Shown: positions 10,911 through 21,416 of the stretch, one piece after another | How positions within the stretch are numbered: the stretch's first letter is position 1 | Layout: each line of letters begins with the position of its first letter | Assembly (NCBI GenBank): GCA_965218425.1 | Contig: OZ244621.1 | Coordinates: 2,880,001-2,944,000 of the forward strand | Length of the DNA stretch: 64,000 nt | Direction: 5' to 3' | Origin: an uncultured Candidatus Binatia bacterium | GTDB taxonomy: Bacteria; Desulfobacterota; Binatia; UBA9968; CAXXLF01 | Position numbers and translations under genes: made by a program | The notes under the pieces: generated by a model | Database searches by the model: none | What the model was told of the DNA's origin: nothing | Seen by the model: only the letters and a program-made list of their open reading frames with translations

Positions 10911-11636
10911 ATGGATCACGAGGATAGAGTCAAGAAAGCGGTTCGATATTTCTGGAGGATTAGAACTCAACAGCTCAAAAAACAAGGTTCAGTCAGCGGG
11001 AGGAAAGATACCGGCAATCGAAGCGCCGTCACCGGCGGCAAGCATCTCGATGGGTTCATAAATCTATTCGCGGAACTGCTTTCGGAAGCCGGCTTGCCTG
11101 ATTCCACGATTCATACCACTTCCACCACGCTCCCTGGCTACTTCAGGCCGACAAAGAACTGGGACCTCGTAGCCGTCGTAGACGGTCAATTACTAGCGTC
11201 CATTGAATTCAAAGCGCACGTTGGCCCGTCGTTTGGCAACAATTTCAACAACCGGGTTGAAGAGGCGCTCGGCAATTCTACGGATCTTCTGACCGCATAC
11301 CGGGAGGGTAAATTCAAACCATCCCAAAAGCCATGGCTCGGATGGTTTATGGTGTTGGAAGAAACCTCAAAGTCAATCTCGCCGGTTAGGGCCGACGAAC
11401 CTTATTTCGAAGTCTTTCCGGAGTTCAAGAATTCGTCCTACTCGCGACGCTATGAGCTTTTCTGCGAGCGATTACTGCGGGAACGACTGTATGACGGTGT
11501 ATGCCTGATCCTTTCCGACAAAAAGAGCGGTTTGAGGGGCCATTTTACCGAGCCAAACCCGGAACTTAGCTTCACCACCTTTGCAACCTCCTTGAGCGCC
11601 CATGCAATGGTGTATGCAAACTTACGCAATAAATAA
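10911..11636 (+). CDS. Type II restriction endonuclease, PaeR7I/XhoI-like family
   Basis: RSAVTGGKHLDGF, LPGYFRPTKNWD, EFK and SFGNNFNNRVEEALG motifs; adjacent to the methyltransferase. Confidence 0.85.
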   Translation: MDHEDRVKKAVRYFWRIRTQQLKKQGSVSGRKDTGNRSAVTGGKHLDGFINLFAELLSEAGLPDSTIHTTSTTLPGYFRPTKNWDLVAVVDGQLLASIEFKAHVGPSFGNNFNNRVEEALGNSTDLLTAYREGKFKPSQKPWLGWFMVLEETSKSISPVRADEPYFEVFPEFKNSSYSRRYELFCERLLRERLYDGVCLILSDKKSGLRGHFTEPNPELSFTTFATSLSAHAMVYANLRNK

Positions 11637-11797
11637 AAAGCGGAACCCGTAGATTCATCACATAGGGGCATCGGGATTGGACGGCGGCACGCTAATGCGG
11701 ATTTTGACAGGCTAAAGTAAACGTAAAGTATAGTCGACCGTACTAGTCCATATTGAACATGCAAGAAGTCCAGTGAAGGTTTTCGGCATAACTGAAT

Positions 11798-12862
11798 TTG
11801 AATACCCCGGCGCATTGGAGGTGGATCGTATTAAAATCCCTGTCGCAAGAATTTGAACGGTTTGGAAAGGAGGAGTGTTATAAGTCTTGTCCCTTCTATG
11901 CGCGCCTCTCATTGGGGATTGCAGATGATCCAGAGTTACTCGCGTTGGCGGCGCATGCCCGAAAAGGCGAGAGGGCGCCCAATCTGTTCCTTGCCGCCGT
12001 GCATTTTCTGATTCTCAAGGGGGCTCAACACCCACTTTAGATATTCTACAAGAGTACTGCTCAACCTACCGACTGGGCTGAAGACCCATACCCCAATTTT
12101 CGCTTGTTTTGCCTTGAGCATATCGATCAGATCCGAACTCTGATTTCAACCCGTTCAGTCCAGACCAACGAGGTTGGGCGGTCCGTGTTGCTGCTGCCGG
12201 CATTTGTTCTGGTGTTACGTCTAGTACAGCTCCGATCGCTTCATCTCCTGGAAATCGGTGCCAGTGCCGGCTTGAACCTTCTTTGGGACCGCTACGGGTA
12301 CAACTACGGAGATGGCCCGCGATGCGGAGACGTGAACTCACCTGTCCAGATAACGTGTTCCTTGCGGGGAAAGTTGCGACCACCTCTTCTGAAATCGTTC
12401 CCAGAAATAGGGCTTCGCCTGGGAGTGGATCTCAACCCCGTTGACGTTCACGATCCTGACGCAACCCTTTGGCTTCGCGCCTTGGTCTGGCCGGGGGATA
12501 AAAGAAGGGCCGAGCTGCTGCAACAGGCCATCGAAGTGGCAAAGCAAGATCCTCCCTCACTCATGGCCGGAGATGGGGCAGAGCTTCTAGCCAGCATGCT
12601 GGAGCGTGTACCGAAAGACGGAGCCTTGTGTATCTTTCGCATGTTCACCAACCTCTCGCCAAAGGGTCGGGAGCAGTTTTCCTCTCTAATCGCTCACCAC
12701 GGATCCGAGCGGGATCTTTTTCTGGTTTCTACCTCGGGGAAGGGAAGCCACGCGGATCAGTCGGCAATTGAGCTGGTTTCGTACATCGACGGCGTCAGGT
12801 CAGAAAAGCTTCTGGCAAATTGCGAAAACCACGGCCAGTGGATCGAGTGGCTGGTCGAGTGA
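11798..12862 (+). pseudogene. DUF2332-family protein split by an in-frame TAG (12038-12040)
   Basis: PNLFLAAVHFL...HPL*IFYKS...VQTNEVGRS...LLEIGASAGLNL; both ORF pieces lie in one frame. Start uncertain. Confidence 0.8.
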
Positions 12863-12964
12863 TAGTCAAGATTGTTCTCTCTGTTCAACCCTTCAGTCCA
12901 TAGATGTTTTCAAGTTCGGATCTGAAAGTCCGGCAGTGCTCGCAGCACATTGCGAAAAGGCTGG

Positions 12965-14092
12965 TGAACTGGATCAAACACATGTGAGACAGATTTAAAC
13001 TACAAGGGAGGGGTCTCGTAACAACTAAATGAGTCCTCCATGACCTTGTTCGCACTGAACCGGCAATTCAACTGGGCTTGCCGTCATCTCAACACAAATC
13101 TCTCCCCCAATGAGCGCCATCGACTTAGAGCCCTCCTTTTGTGCCAGCACACCAAAGACGTAAAGCTCACCCGCCGCACTTTTGACCTGAGCCGACCTAC
13201 TCTTTACCGCTGGCTCCATCGCTTTGATCCCAACAACCTCGGCCCCCTACGAGAGCGTTCCCGTAAACCTCACCGGTTCACACGGCCCCAATGGCCCCTG
13301 GCCCTCAAGCAGGCAATACTACGCTTAACAGAGCAATATCCCCGCTGGGGTAAGAACAAACTCCTCGTGCTACTTCAAAACGAAGGCTTTGAGGTCTCTG
13401 CCCCTACTGTGGGCCGTATTCTCAACTCTGTTAGGCAGCGCGGACAGCTCTTGGAGCCCAAGTTCACTAACATCTCTGCCAAAAGACGGCGCAAGCCAAG
13501 GCCCTACGCTATCGGTAAACCCAAAGACTATCAGCCCCTTTACCCTGGCGACCTGGTTCAGATCGACACCCTCGACATCGGTCCCGTGCCAGGCGTGATC
13601 CTCAAACAGTTCACTGCCCGCGATGTGGTCTCGCGCTGGGACGTACTCGAAGTTCATCGTCAAGCTAGCGCTTCCCTAGCCGCCTCGTTCATCCATACCA
13701 TCAAGGCTCGTATGCCCCTTGGCATCCGGGCCTTGCAGGTCCATGGGGGCTCAGAATTGTTCTGTGATTTTGAGACCCGCTGCCAACAACATGGCATCCG
13801 GTTGTTCGTCGTGGCGCCTAAAAGCCCTAAGCTCAATGGCGCTGTGCAACGGGCTAACCGTACTCACACCGAGGAGTTCTATGAGGTCCAACAGTGTGCT
13901 TGGACCGTTGAGGCTCTTAACCAACAACTGCTCGAATGGGAACGGACCTACAATACGGTACGGCCCCACCAGGCACTTAATGACTTAACTCCCTTGCAAT
14001 ATCTCCAAGACCGAGGCATCGTAGCCCGATACATTCGGTTGACACTTCAGGCATGCAGGAATAAACTAACCGCCAAACCACGAATTTCTTAA
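12965..14092 (+). mobile_element. Degenerate IS481-family element
   Basis: HTH plus integrase core (VQIDT, PKSPKLNG, YNTVRPHQAL) with catalytic positions altered (QVHGGSE, VQRAN). Left IR-like TGAACTGGATCAAACACATGTGAGACA at 12965; no right IR seen. Confidence 0.8.
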
Positions 14093-14298
14093 AATCGATT
14101 TTATGATGAAAGGCTTGAGCGACTCATCAGGAAGGCATGAAAGCCCGGGTCAGCTCAGCTCAGCCCTGCCCCCCAATATAATTACAATATTGGATTCGGC
14201 GCTGGTCTCCAAGAGGCTAGCCGTAATTTGGCTGCGAGAACAGCTTATTACAACGGGAGTCATATTGGTATTCAAGCAAATTGAGTCAATAGTGAAGA

Positions 14299-15261
14299 AT
14301 GGCAATTAACCTCGACAAGCCGACGCAATGGAAGACTGATATTGCACAATCGGTGGACATGTATAACGACTGGTTCATGAAATTTGCGCCCCAGGCGTTT
14401 CGTACGACGCGAGTTCGGACGACGATTGATGTTGAATCAACCCTTGGCTCGACTGGTAACATGGCTAACATTCGCCCAATCATCATGCGGCAGCGTCCGG
14501 AAATCCTGCCGACTCTCCGCATGTCCACTTGTCCGCCCCTCGCTGTGGATCGCCTTGTTGGTCTCGCAGATGTTCCAACTAACTTGGTAAAGAGCATGGA
14601 AGTTGAGAAGAAGCTCCCACCGCGCATGGATCATTCAGACATCGACAGAAATTTAAATAAGATCGCTAGAATCATTCGGAAAATGGTGGATCCCGACATC
14701 TTTACTTGGATCGGACGGAATAAATAGGCGACCAAGACCGAAATTCACCGCGCTGCGACTATCGTTGCAGACCGCCTCTGCGGAGCCGTTGCAAACCCTA
14801 TCATTCGTAACGCACAGGAGAAGCGACAGCTCGCCGCGATCAAGAAATGGCTCGAAGCGCGCCGCTACAAGCAGCTAACTGCTGGCGATGGTACGCGATT
14901 TGATGCTATGAGGCCTGGCACCTTTTCCTTCCGCACGAACGTACCTGTTAAACTCGAAGGCGGCGTTCGGAGCGTAAACATTCCTATTGACGCGGTTATA
15001 ATGCCGAAGACCGTTAAGAAAGGGGCGTTCCCAATCTTCTTCGAGGCGAAATCGGCTGGGGACTTCACAAATACCAACAAGCGCCGTAAAGAAGAAGCCA
15101 TGAAGATGGCGCAGCTTCGCTCAACGTATGGAACGAAAGTGCAATTTAATCTTTTCCTCTGCGGCTACTTCGACAGTGGTTATCTCGGTTATGAAGCTGC
15201 GGAAGGCATCGATTGGGTGTGGGAACACCGCATCGATGACCTCGCCCTGTTTGGAATTTAA
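14299..15261 (+). pseudogene. XamI-like type II restriction endonuclease with in-frame TAG (14725-14727)
   Basis: Frame continues after TAG (ATKTEIHRAATIVADRLCGAVANPIIRNAQEKRQL) to EAKSAGDFTNTNKRRKEEA and the stop at 15261. Confidence 0.82.
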
Positions 15262-15263
15262 CA

Positions 15264-16865
15264 ATGGGTAATACGATCGACACCCTCGAAAAGCACCGCC
15301 TGGCACTTCAGGCCGAACTCGATGCCGGAAAGACGCAGGCCGAGAGAAACCGGCTCGGCCAGTTCGCTACGCCAACTGCTCTCGCTGTCGATATCCTTAA
15401 CTACGCGGCAACCATCCTTCCAAAAGGGGAGAGGGTGCGCTTTCTCGATCCCGCCATCGGGACGGGAGTCTTCTATTCGGCCCTTCGGAAGGTACTCCCG
15501 AAACAGAGGATTGCCGAAAGCTTCGGGTTCGAGATTGATTCCCATTACCAAAAACCCGCCTCGCAGCTTTGGGAGAAGTCTGGTCTTGCGATGAAGCTCG
15601 CTGACTTCTCGCACGAGGAGCCGTCTCCCCGTTTCAATCTCATCGTTTGTAATCCACCCTACGTGCGGCACCACCACTTGCAGAGTGGAGACAAGTCTCG
15701 TCTGCAACTTCGCATCTACAACGCAAACGGCATGAAATTCAGCGGGCTTGCCGGGCTCTATTGTTACTTTCTCGTCCTCTCGCGAGCCTGGATGGCTGAC
15801 AGCGGTATCGCCGGATGGCTTATACCAAGTGAATTCATGGACGTGAATTACGGCCAGGCCTTAAAGCGATTTCTTCTTGACAAGGTGACGCTCCTTCATA
15901 TTCACCGCTTCGATCCCAGCGATGTGCAGTTTGCAGACGCCCTTGTCTCATCGGCCGTCGTCTGGTTCAGGAACTCCCCGCCACCAAAAGATCACAAGGT
16001 GACGTTCACTTTCGGCGGCACGCTTCTTGACCCGAAGCTCTCACGCGAAGTCCCCGCGAAGGCTCTCTACCACGAGCTGAAATGGACTCGGTTCCCCGCT
16101 GCGGACATCCGTAGCACGGATGCCATCCCGACACTTGCGGACTTCTTCCAAATCAAGCGTGGCATTGCAACCGGAGATAACAAATACTTTATCCTCACCG
16201 CGGAAGCGATCCAATCACTCGGCCTTCCATCCAAACTTTTGCATCCCATACTTCCTAGCCCGCGCCATTTGCCAGACGATGAAATAATGGCTGACAAAAA
16301 CGGGCTGCCTCTGATCAAACATCAGCTTTTCCTTCTTGACACGCAGCTTTCCGAAGACGAGATCAAAAAACACTTTCCCCCCCTATTCGCATATCTCCAA
16401 GACGGTAAGTCCCGTCGTATACATGAACGCTATCTCTGCCGACATCGCAGCCCTTGGTACGCGCAGGAGAATCGCCCACCTGCCCCTCTCGTTTGTACCT
16501 ACCTCGGCCGTGGTGACGTGAAGACCGGCCGAACTTTTCGTTTTATTCTTAATCACTCGAATGCCACTGTTGCGAATGTCTATCTCGCCATGTATCCAAG
16601 GCCGAGCCTCGCGCGAGCAATAGAACGCAATTCCACACTGATCCGCCGGGTCTGGGAGCTGCTTAACCAAATCACGCCTGATCAGCTTCTTGGTGAAGGT
16701 CGTGTATATGGCGGTGGTCTTCACAAGCTCGAACCCAGCGAACTGGCAAAGGTGAACGCCACAACTATTGCCAAGTTGATCCCGGACTTCAAACTATCGC
16801 CATCCAGTAAACAGCTCGGCTTATTCTGGGGTAACGAAGAGTTGCCCGTTAACAAATCTTTATAG
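15264..16865 (+). CDS. N6-adenine DNA methyltransferase (gamma class), partner of the XamI-like endonuclease
   Basis: LGQFATP, FLDPAIGTG, NPPY and GRVYGGGLHKLEP motifs. Confidence 0.9.
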   Translation: MGNTIDTLEKHRLALQAELDAGKTQAERNRLGQFATPTALAVDILNYAATILPKGERVRFLDPAIGTGVFYSALRKVLPKQRIAESFGFEIDSHYQKPASQLWEKSGLAMKLADFSHEEPSPRFNLIVCNPPYVRHHHLQSGDKSRLQLRIYNANGMKFSGLAGLYCYFLVLSRAWMADSGIAGWLIPSEFMDVNYGQALKRFLLDKVTLLHIHRFDPSDVQFADALVSSAVVWFRNSPPPKDHKVTFTFGGTLLDPKLSREVPAKALYHELKWTRFPAADIRSTDAIPTLADFFQIKRGIATGDNKYFILTAEAIQSLGLPSKLLHPILPSPRHLPDDEIMADKNGLPLIKHQLFLLDTQLSEDEIKKHFPPLFAYLQDGKSRRIHERYLCRHRSPWYAQENRPPAPLVCTYLGRGDVKTGRTFRFILNHSNATVANVYLAMYPRPSLARAIERNSTLIRRVWELLNQITPDQLLGEGRVYGGGLHKLEPSELAKVNATTIAKLIPDFKLSPSSKQLGLFWGNEELPVNKSL

Positions 16866-17148
16866 CAACTGCGGGTGCTCCCGCGCCGCTAAAGGCGGAT
16901 ATTTGGCAGCCAATTTCTAAAATTGTTGTCGTCAGATAACTCTACAAACTCTGCTTCGAAAATTCGAAAAAAGAATGTCTTTCCACAGTCTATCGATATG
17001 CGACTAGGTATCCTAAAAAAACCACTTGCTTCTTGCTAATGTTTTAACCTAAACGATTATTTTTAATCATGTCTTTCTGCGCAATTCCCGTTATCGTGAC
17101 GTGAGCGTTCCCATGAGTGTGAGCCGTTAACCTCCAAACATCACGCCC

Positions 17149-17196
17149 TTGACATTAAAAACAGGGCAGTCTAATTGTCGACAGGCCTGTAGACAA
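17149..17196 (+). promoter_or_regulatory. Sigma70-like -35 and palindromic GntR-type operator
   Basis: TTGACA at 17149, then near-perfect palindrome TTGTCGACAG-GC-CTGTAGACAA (17175-17196) just upstream of the GntR gene. Confidence 0.65.
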
Positions 17197-17207
17197 CAGG
17201 AATTCTA

Positions 17208-17942
17208 GTGGGACAACGAAAAACAAGTCAAAATTCCAGCGGCACGCTGGTTCAACGGACCCTCGATGCTCTAATGAGCGAGATCATGAGTGGTCGGCTG
17301 AGACCCAACCAGAGGATCAGCGAGATCGCCACGGCAAAGAAGCTGGGTATCAGTCGATCCCCTGTACGAGAAGCGCTGCGCATCCTGGAGAGGGACGGTC
17401 TGGTTACCTATGAACCCGGTCGGGGTGTCACGGTTACCGACATTACACCGGAAGATGCTGACGAACTCTATCTTATCCACGGTCACCTGCTTGGTCTGGC
17501 GATGCGATTGGCGTGTCAGAAGATGACGGCCGGCGACATTAGCAAGATTGCTGGCCTGGTGAAGTCACTCGGGTCCGCAGTGGACAGTCAGGATCGACAA
17601 CGCTTCGTGGATCTACGGGCACGCCTCGAGCAGACCATTGCGGAGAAGGCTCTATCCCCCCGGCTTGCACGTCTCCTGTCTGTAATGGGTCATCCCAGCG
17701 CTCGTTACCGCGCGCTGCACGTCAATGTGCCGGGCTATATGGACGACGTCGTTAAATGCTACGAGGGGATTGCAAAGGCGTTTCACGATAGGGACGCAGA
17801 TCAAGCGGAGGAGCTCAGGTTGCGAATTGTTACTCTCGGAAGGGAGTTGTTAAGGCGGTATTTTATGACGCCGGGCGCTGCGGAGAATCTAGAAGAGCAA
17901 AGCGCAAAGGACATAGCGCAAAGCAGTCTGAGGATGAATTAA
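17208..17942 (+). CDS. GntR-family (FCD) transcriptional regulator
   Basis: LGISRSPVREALRILERDGLV winged-HTH. Confidence 0.92.
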   Translation: MGQRKTSQNSSGTLVQRTLDALMSEIMSGRLRPNQRISEIATAKKLGISRSPVREALRILERDGLVTYEPGRGVTVTDITPEDADELYLIHGHLLGLAMRLACQKMTAGDISKIAGLVKSLGSAVDSQDRQRFVDLRARLEQTIAEKALSPRLARLLSVMGHPSARYRALHVNVPGYMDDVVKCYEGIAKAFHDRDADQAEELRLRIVTLGRELLRRYFMTPGAAENLEEQSAKDIAQSSLRMN

Positions 17943-18070
17943 AGTGATAGGGTGTCGAGGGTTGGGTATAGGGAGCTGCAAATCGAAGATTGAGGGTCGA
18001 GGATAGGAGAGAGAAAGACGGCAGGCAGGAACAAAGCAAGTGCATTGCGGTAAGAGGAAAGATCAGAAAG

Positions 18071-19075
18071 ATGGCGGAGATTAATATTCAGGTTCCGGAT
18101 GTGTTTTTGACGCGGGCGTTGGTTGATGGGAGTGTCAGGGTGGAAAGGTTCCCGGTTGTGTTTAAAGGCTCGGTATTCGATCAGCGGACGTCTAGACGCC
18201 TTCGGGGGGAGGTGGAAGAGGAGTGGGCCGGGACAGAGCAGGTGCTGACGGATTACCTCGTGCGATTTGCCAAGGGGCAAGAGCCAAATCTCGTGATACT
18301 ACCCATCTTTGTTACTCGAGGAATGAACCATCGAAAGTTCGTGATGCAGCGGGGATCTCTCATGCCGAAGGACCTCGCCGGGAAAAAGGTTGGCATGGGG
18401 CGGGTTCTGGGGGCCACCAGCGTCTTCCTGCGTGGGCTTCTCGCCGATGACTACGGCGTTAGCCGTGACCAGGTGCCATGGGTGGCGGCGGAGCCCATCA
18501 CCAGCGATGGAGCTATGGGTGGCGAGTGGAAACACCTTTCGCAACGGGGTGGTGTAAGACCGCCGGAATTGATCCCTCAATTAGAAAAAGGGGAACTGGA
18601 TGCCGTGATCTATCCCGGAGGCGCAGGCGGACATTGGTTCAACTGGGCTGTTGAAGGAGGAGCAGGTAAGAGCCCCAACCCTTATGGAGACCTCGAGCAG
18701 ATGGTTAAAAATAGTTCTAATTTGTATTTTCCGGTGGGAGATGTGGAGACACAGGTCCAGTGGTTCAAGCGTTGGGAGTACTATCCCCTCTATCATTGTT
18801 TGGCCGTCCGCCGCAGGGTTGCCGAGAAAAATCCCGGTCTGTGCGCTGCGTTGGTAAGCGCCTTTAATAAAGCCGCAACTGTGGGAGTGCGTTATCTGAC
18901 CCCGGAGCAGCAAGAGCTGTTCGGTCGTGAGATAAAACTCCTGGGAGTGGATCCAAACCGAAGCGGGCTTACCCCTTTAAATGTCAAGAGCGTGGAGAAG
19001 TGTATGGATTATCTCGCAGCGGATGGATTCCTCCCGCGACGGCCCACCATGAAGGAGATTTTTCCCTTTAATTAA
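18071..19075 (+). CDS. 4,5-dihydroxyphthalate decarboxylase-like / substrate-binding-fold protein
   Basis: TRALVDGSV, LPIFVTRGMNHR, PKDLAGKKVG and RGLLADDYGV motifs. Confidence 0.7.
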   Translation: MAEINIQVPDVFLTRALVDGSVRVERFPVVFKGSVFDQRTSRRLRGEVEEEWAGTEQVLTDYLVRFAKGQEPNLVILPIFVTRGMNHRKFVMQRGSLMPKDLAGKKVGMGRVLGATSVFLRGLLADDYGVSRDQVPWVAAEPITSDGAMGGEWKHLSQRGGVRPPELIPQLEKGELDAVIYPGGAGGHWFNWAVEGGAGKSPNPYGDLEQMVKNSSNLYFPVGDVETQVQWFKRWEYYPLYHCLAVRRRVAEKNPGLCAALVSAFNKAATVGVRYLTPEQQELFGREIKLLGVDPNRSGLTPLNVKSVEKCMDYLAADGFLPRRPTMKEIFPFN

Positions 19076-19109
19076 TTCAACAATTGCGAATGAGAAGAAG
19101 GAGAGGTAA

Positions 19110-20261
19110 ATGAAAGTCTGGATTTTTGTGCGTATCGGTTATCCCAAGCGGGTCACCGGAGATTACTTGATGGCAGGGCGAAACTATGACCGCGCACTTG
19201 GCCTCGAGATCTACGACGAGGCCATGGATTTCATTCGACGGGCGGAAGAGGTGTATGGCTTCGACGGACTCTTCTTCCCGGAGCATCATGCCCGAGCGGC
19301 CAACGGTCTTTCCCCTTCGCCAAATCTTTTCGCCTCTGCGGCGGCGGTTATGACAAAAGAGATCAAAATCGGACTCATGGGAAACTGTTTACCGCTGCAT
19401 CATCCGGTTCGGCTGGGTGAAGAGCTGGCCCTGCTGGACAATCTGAGCCACGGACGGCTCGTGGTGGGGCTCACCCGTGGAGGTGATTTTTGGGCCTTTC
19501 ATATTCCAGCGTCCGAGTCCCGGGAGCGTTTCGAGGAGGGTTGGGAGATCATCCAGAAGGGGTGGCAGGCGGAGGAGCCATTCGAGCACCATGGTAAGTA
19601 CTGGGACCTGGAGTACATCGCCTTCTTGCCAAGGCCTCTGCAGCAGCCCGTCCCGGAAACGTGGATCCCGTCCATCAGCGCGGAAAGCATCGAGTGGGCT
19701 GCAAAGAACCGCGTGAGGCTGGCGGCTTCATGGTCGCCCACGGAGCAGATTCAAGAGAGTTTTGAGTATTATCGCCGTTACGCCAAGGAAAACTGCGGTT
19801 GGGAACCCGGACTGGATCATTGCGTGGTATCGCGGGATGTATACGTGGCCGAGACCAATGCGAGGGCTCGTGAAGAGGCGGAGGCACAGCTCAAAGTGGG
19901 GCCGGCTGAGGAATTCGGCGGGTCGCCGGCCAAGTACGGCCGGAGTGTGGAGGATAAGTATTTCAGTGAACGAGCCACTTCTTACAAAAAAGGCCAGCAC
20001 GTGGGTGTGATGGAAATCAAAGGCTGGTCCTATGAAGACCTGCAGGCTTCAGGGATCGCCATTTCCGGCGATCCTGATTACGTCACCGAGCAGATCCTCC
20101 ACCAGGCAAAAACACTCGGGATGAACAAAATCATGTTGCGGCCGGTCTTTGGTAGACTCCGATTGAATCAGGTGCAAAAAAGCATGGAGCTTTTGGCGAA
20201 GGAAGTAATGCCTAACTTGAAAAAGGAAGCCCCTGCCAGGGCGGCCGGGGCTTCTTCATAA
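19110..20261 (+). CDS. Luciferase-like (LLM) flavin-dependent oxidoreductase
   Basis: EHH, SPSPNL and HPVRLGEELALLDNLSHGRL motifs. Confidence 0.92.
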   Translation: MKVWIFVRIGYPKRVTGDYLMAGRNYDRALGLEIYDEAMDFIRRAEEVYGFDGLFFPEHHARAANGLSPSPNLFASAAAVMTKEIKIGLMGNCLPLHHPVRLGEELALLDNLSHGRLVVGLTRGGDFWAFHIPASESRERFEEGWEIIQKGWQAEEPFEHHGKYWDLEYIAFLPRPLQQPVPETWIPSISAESIEWAAKNRVRLAASWSPTEQIQESFEYYRRYAKENCGWEPGLDHCVVSRDVYVAETNARAREEAEAQLKVGPAEEFGGSPAKYGRSVEDKYFSERATSYKKGQHVGVMEIKGWSYEDLQASGIAISGDPDYVTEQILHQAKTLGMNKIMLRPVFGRLRLNQVQKSMELLAKEVMPNLKKEAPARAAGASS

Positions 20262-20278
20262 AATAATTAGGAGGTCCC

Positions 20279-21319
20279 ATGAAACGGAAACGACGGTCCT
20301 TTTGGTTGTCCGTTAGTTGGTTGGCGCTTGCGTTGCTTTTCATGACCGTATGGCATGGGCTAGCTCCCGCGAGTGAAAGTTTCTACAAAGGGAAAACGAT
20401 CACTGCCCTTGTGGGTTATTCCCCCGGTAGTGTAATCGATCTGTTTGCGCGGGTAGTTGCGCGTCACATCTCTAGGTATATCCCTGGTGAGCCGAGCGTC
20501 ATAGTGCAAAACATGCCGGGAGCGGCGAGTCTGGTCGCTGCCAATTTTCTTTATAACAGATCAAAACCCGATGGCCTTACCTATGTCGTTTTAGGTACAA
20601 ACATACCCATAAGGCCTTTGGTTGACCCTCAGGGGATAGCTTACGACCCAACGAAGTTTACCCCCATAGGTAGTGTTTCCAAGGCCCGGCAGATTTTAAT
20701 CATTCGGAAAGATCGACCGTGGAAAACAATAGACGATCTGAAAAAGACGAAAAAACCGGCTCACTTCGGAGCTTCTGGAGTTGGGAGCGGACCCTATGTA
20801 ATTCCCAGGCTAACCGCGGAGGTGCTGGGTCTGAACATCAAGATGGTCGCCGGGTACAGTGGAGGTGCTGCTGTCGATATGGCACTGGAGTCTGGCGAGG
20901 TAGATGGACGATCTACTACGGTGGAGCTCTTATTGTCCCGGAGCCGCCGGTTCCTCGATGACGATTTAATCATTCCTCTCGTTATGGTGGCGCAGGAGAG
21001 GCATAGCACTTTCCCTGACGTTCCCACGCTCTACGAGCTTGCGCCTGAGAAGAAGGAGCTTCTCGATCTAGTCCTGGGCCCCAGCCTGTTTTTCTTTGGT
21101 TTCCACACCCTTCCTCCGGCAGTACCGGACGATCGGGTGAAGACGTTGAGGACGGCCTTCCGATCACTCTTTCAGGATCAGAAGTTCACTAAAGAAGTAA
21201 CAAAGTTTGCGATTGTGGCCCCTACTTTCGGGGAGGAGCTCGAAGCGATAATCAAAAAGATCGCCGCAATCCCGCCAGATCAGCAGAAACGGCTTAGAAG
21301 GATTTGGGGTAAAAAATAA
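20279..21319 (+). CDS. Tripartite tricarboxylate transporter substrate-binding protein (Bug/TctC family)
   Basis: Signal peptide, VQNMPGA, KPDGLT and PDVPTL motifs. Confidence 0.88.
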   Translation: MKRKRRSFWLSVSWLALALLFMTVWHGLAPASESFYKGKTITALVGYSPGSVIDLFARVVARHISRYIPGEPSVIVQNMPGAASLVAANFLYNRSKPDGLTYVVLGTNIPIRPLVDPQGIAYDPTKFTPIGSVSKARQILIIRKDRPWKTIDDLKKTKKPAHFGASGVGSGPYVIPRLTAEVLGLNIKMVAGYSGGAAVDMALESGEVDGRSTTVELLLSRSRRFLDDDLIIPLVMVAQERHSTFPDVPTLYELAPEKKELLDLVLGPSLFFFGFHTLPPAVPDDRVKTLRTAFRSLFQDQKFTKEVTKFAIVAPTFGEELEAIIKKIAAIPPDQQKRLRRIWGKK

Positions 21320-21416
21320 TGGGCCGAAAAATCTGTGAGGCGAGCCGTTGTTGAAAGGTCGTCAGGGCCGAGAGGTTGCTTTGATTTGGTGTTGATTTAC
21401 GACTAGGAGGTGAACC

